Of a DNA stretch of 6,705 nucleotides, positions 6,625 through 6,705 are shown in pieces; positions within the stretch are counted from its first letter, which is position 1, and each line of letters begins with the position of its first letter. The DNA is from Octopus sinensis (lineage: Eukaryota). Under the pieces are notes generated by a model that made no database searches, was not told the DNA's origin, and saw nothing but the letters and a program-made list of their open reading frames with translations. The stretch spans positions 1-6,705 of the forward strand of contig NW_021829286.1 in NCBI RefSeq assembly GCF_006345805.1, read 5' to 3'. The position numbers and the translations under genes were made by a program.

Positions 6625-6700
6625 CAACTTCCGTTTACTCACTTCTCAACTTCCGCTCACTTTATGCTCACTCTTTTTAACAACTGTCTTGTCTAACCAG
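6625..6700 (+). other. Putative 3' splice-site region; exon would start at 6701
   Basis: No AG from 6625 to 6698, pyrimidine-rich, branch-point-like CTCAC at 6638, 6656 and 6667, ending in ctaaccAG (AG 6699-6700). The exon is cut off by the window edge. Confidence 0.4.
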
Positions 6701-6705
6701 AAATA

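Overview
AT-rich, microsatellite-saturated eukaryotic DNA, most likely intronic. The SINE-like families and repeat texture resemble those I recall from Octopus/coleoid cephalopod genomes; this is inference and no database was consulted. No complete gene is present, and almost all entries in the supplied ORF track are artefacts of (TA)n/(CA)n/(TACA)n tracts or SINEs. Mobile elements: two copies of a tRNA-head/CORE-like SINE 5' half, an oppositely oriented SINE 3' half, a SINE relic, a head-to-tail SINE dimer bounded by one 9-bp direct repeat, and a TA-flanked Tigger/pogo-like MITE. Splice signals suggest a + strand host gene: a 15-nt microexon (940-954), a 114-nt symmetric phase-2 exon (5084-5197), a 41-nt cassette with stops in all frames (5308-5348) and an acceptor at 6699-6700. 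A CpG-rich island (about 3010-3220) with E-box, NRF1-like and Inr-like motifs may be an internal promoter. I did not find convincing evidence of a new biological system. The best leads are the microexon and stop-cassette splicing architecture and the unusual SINE structures.
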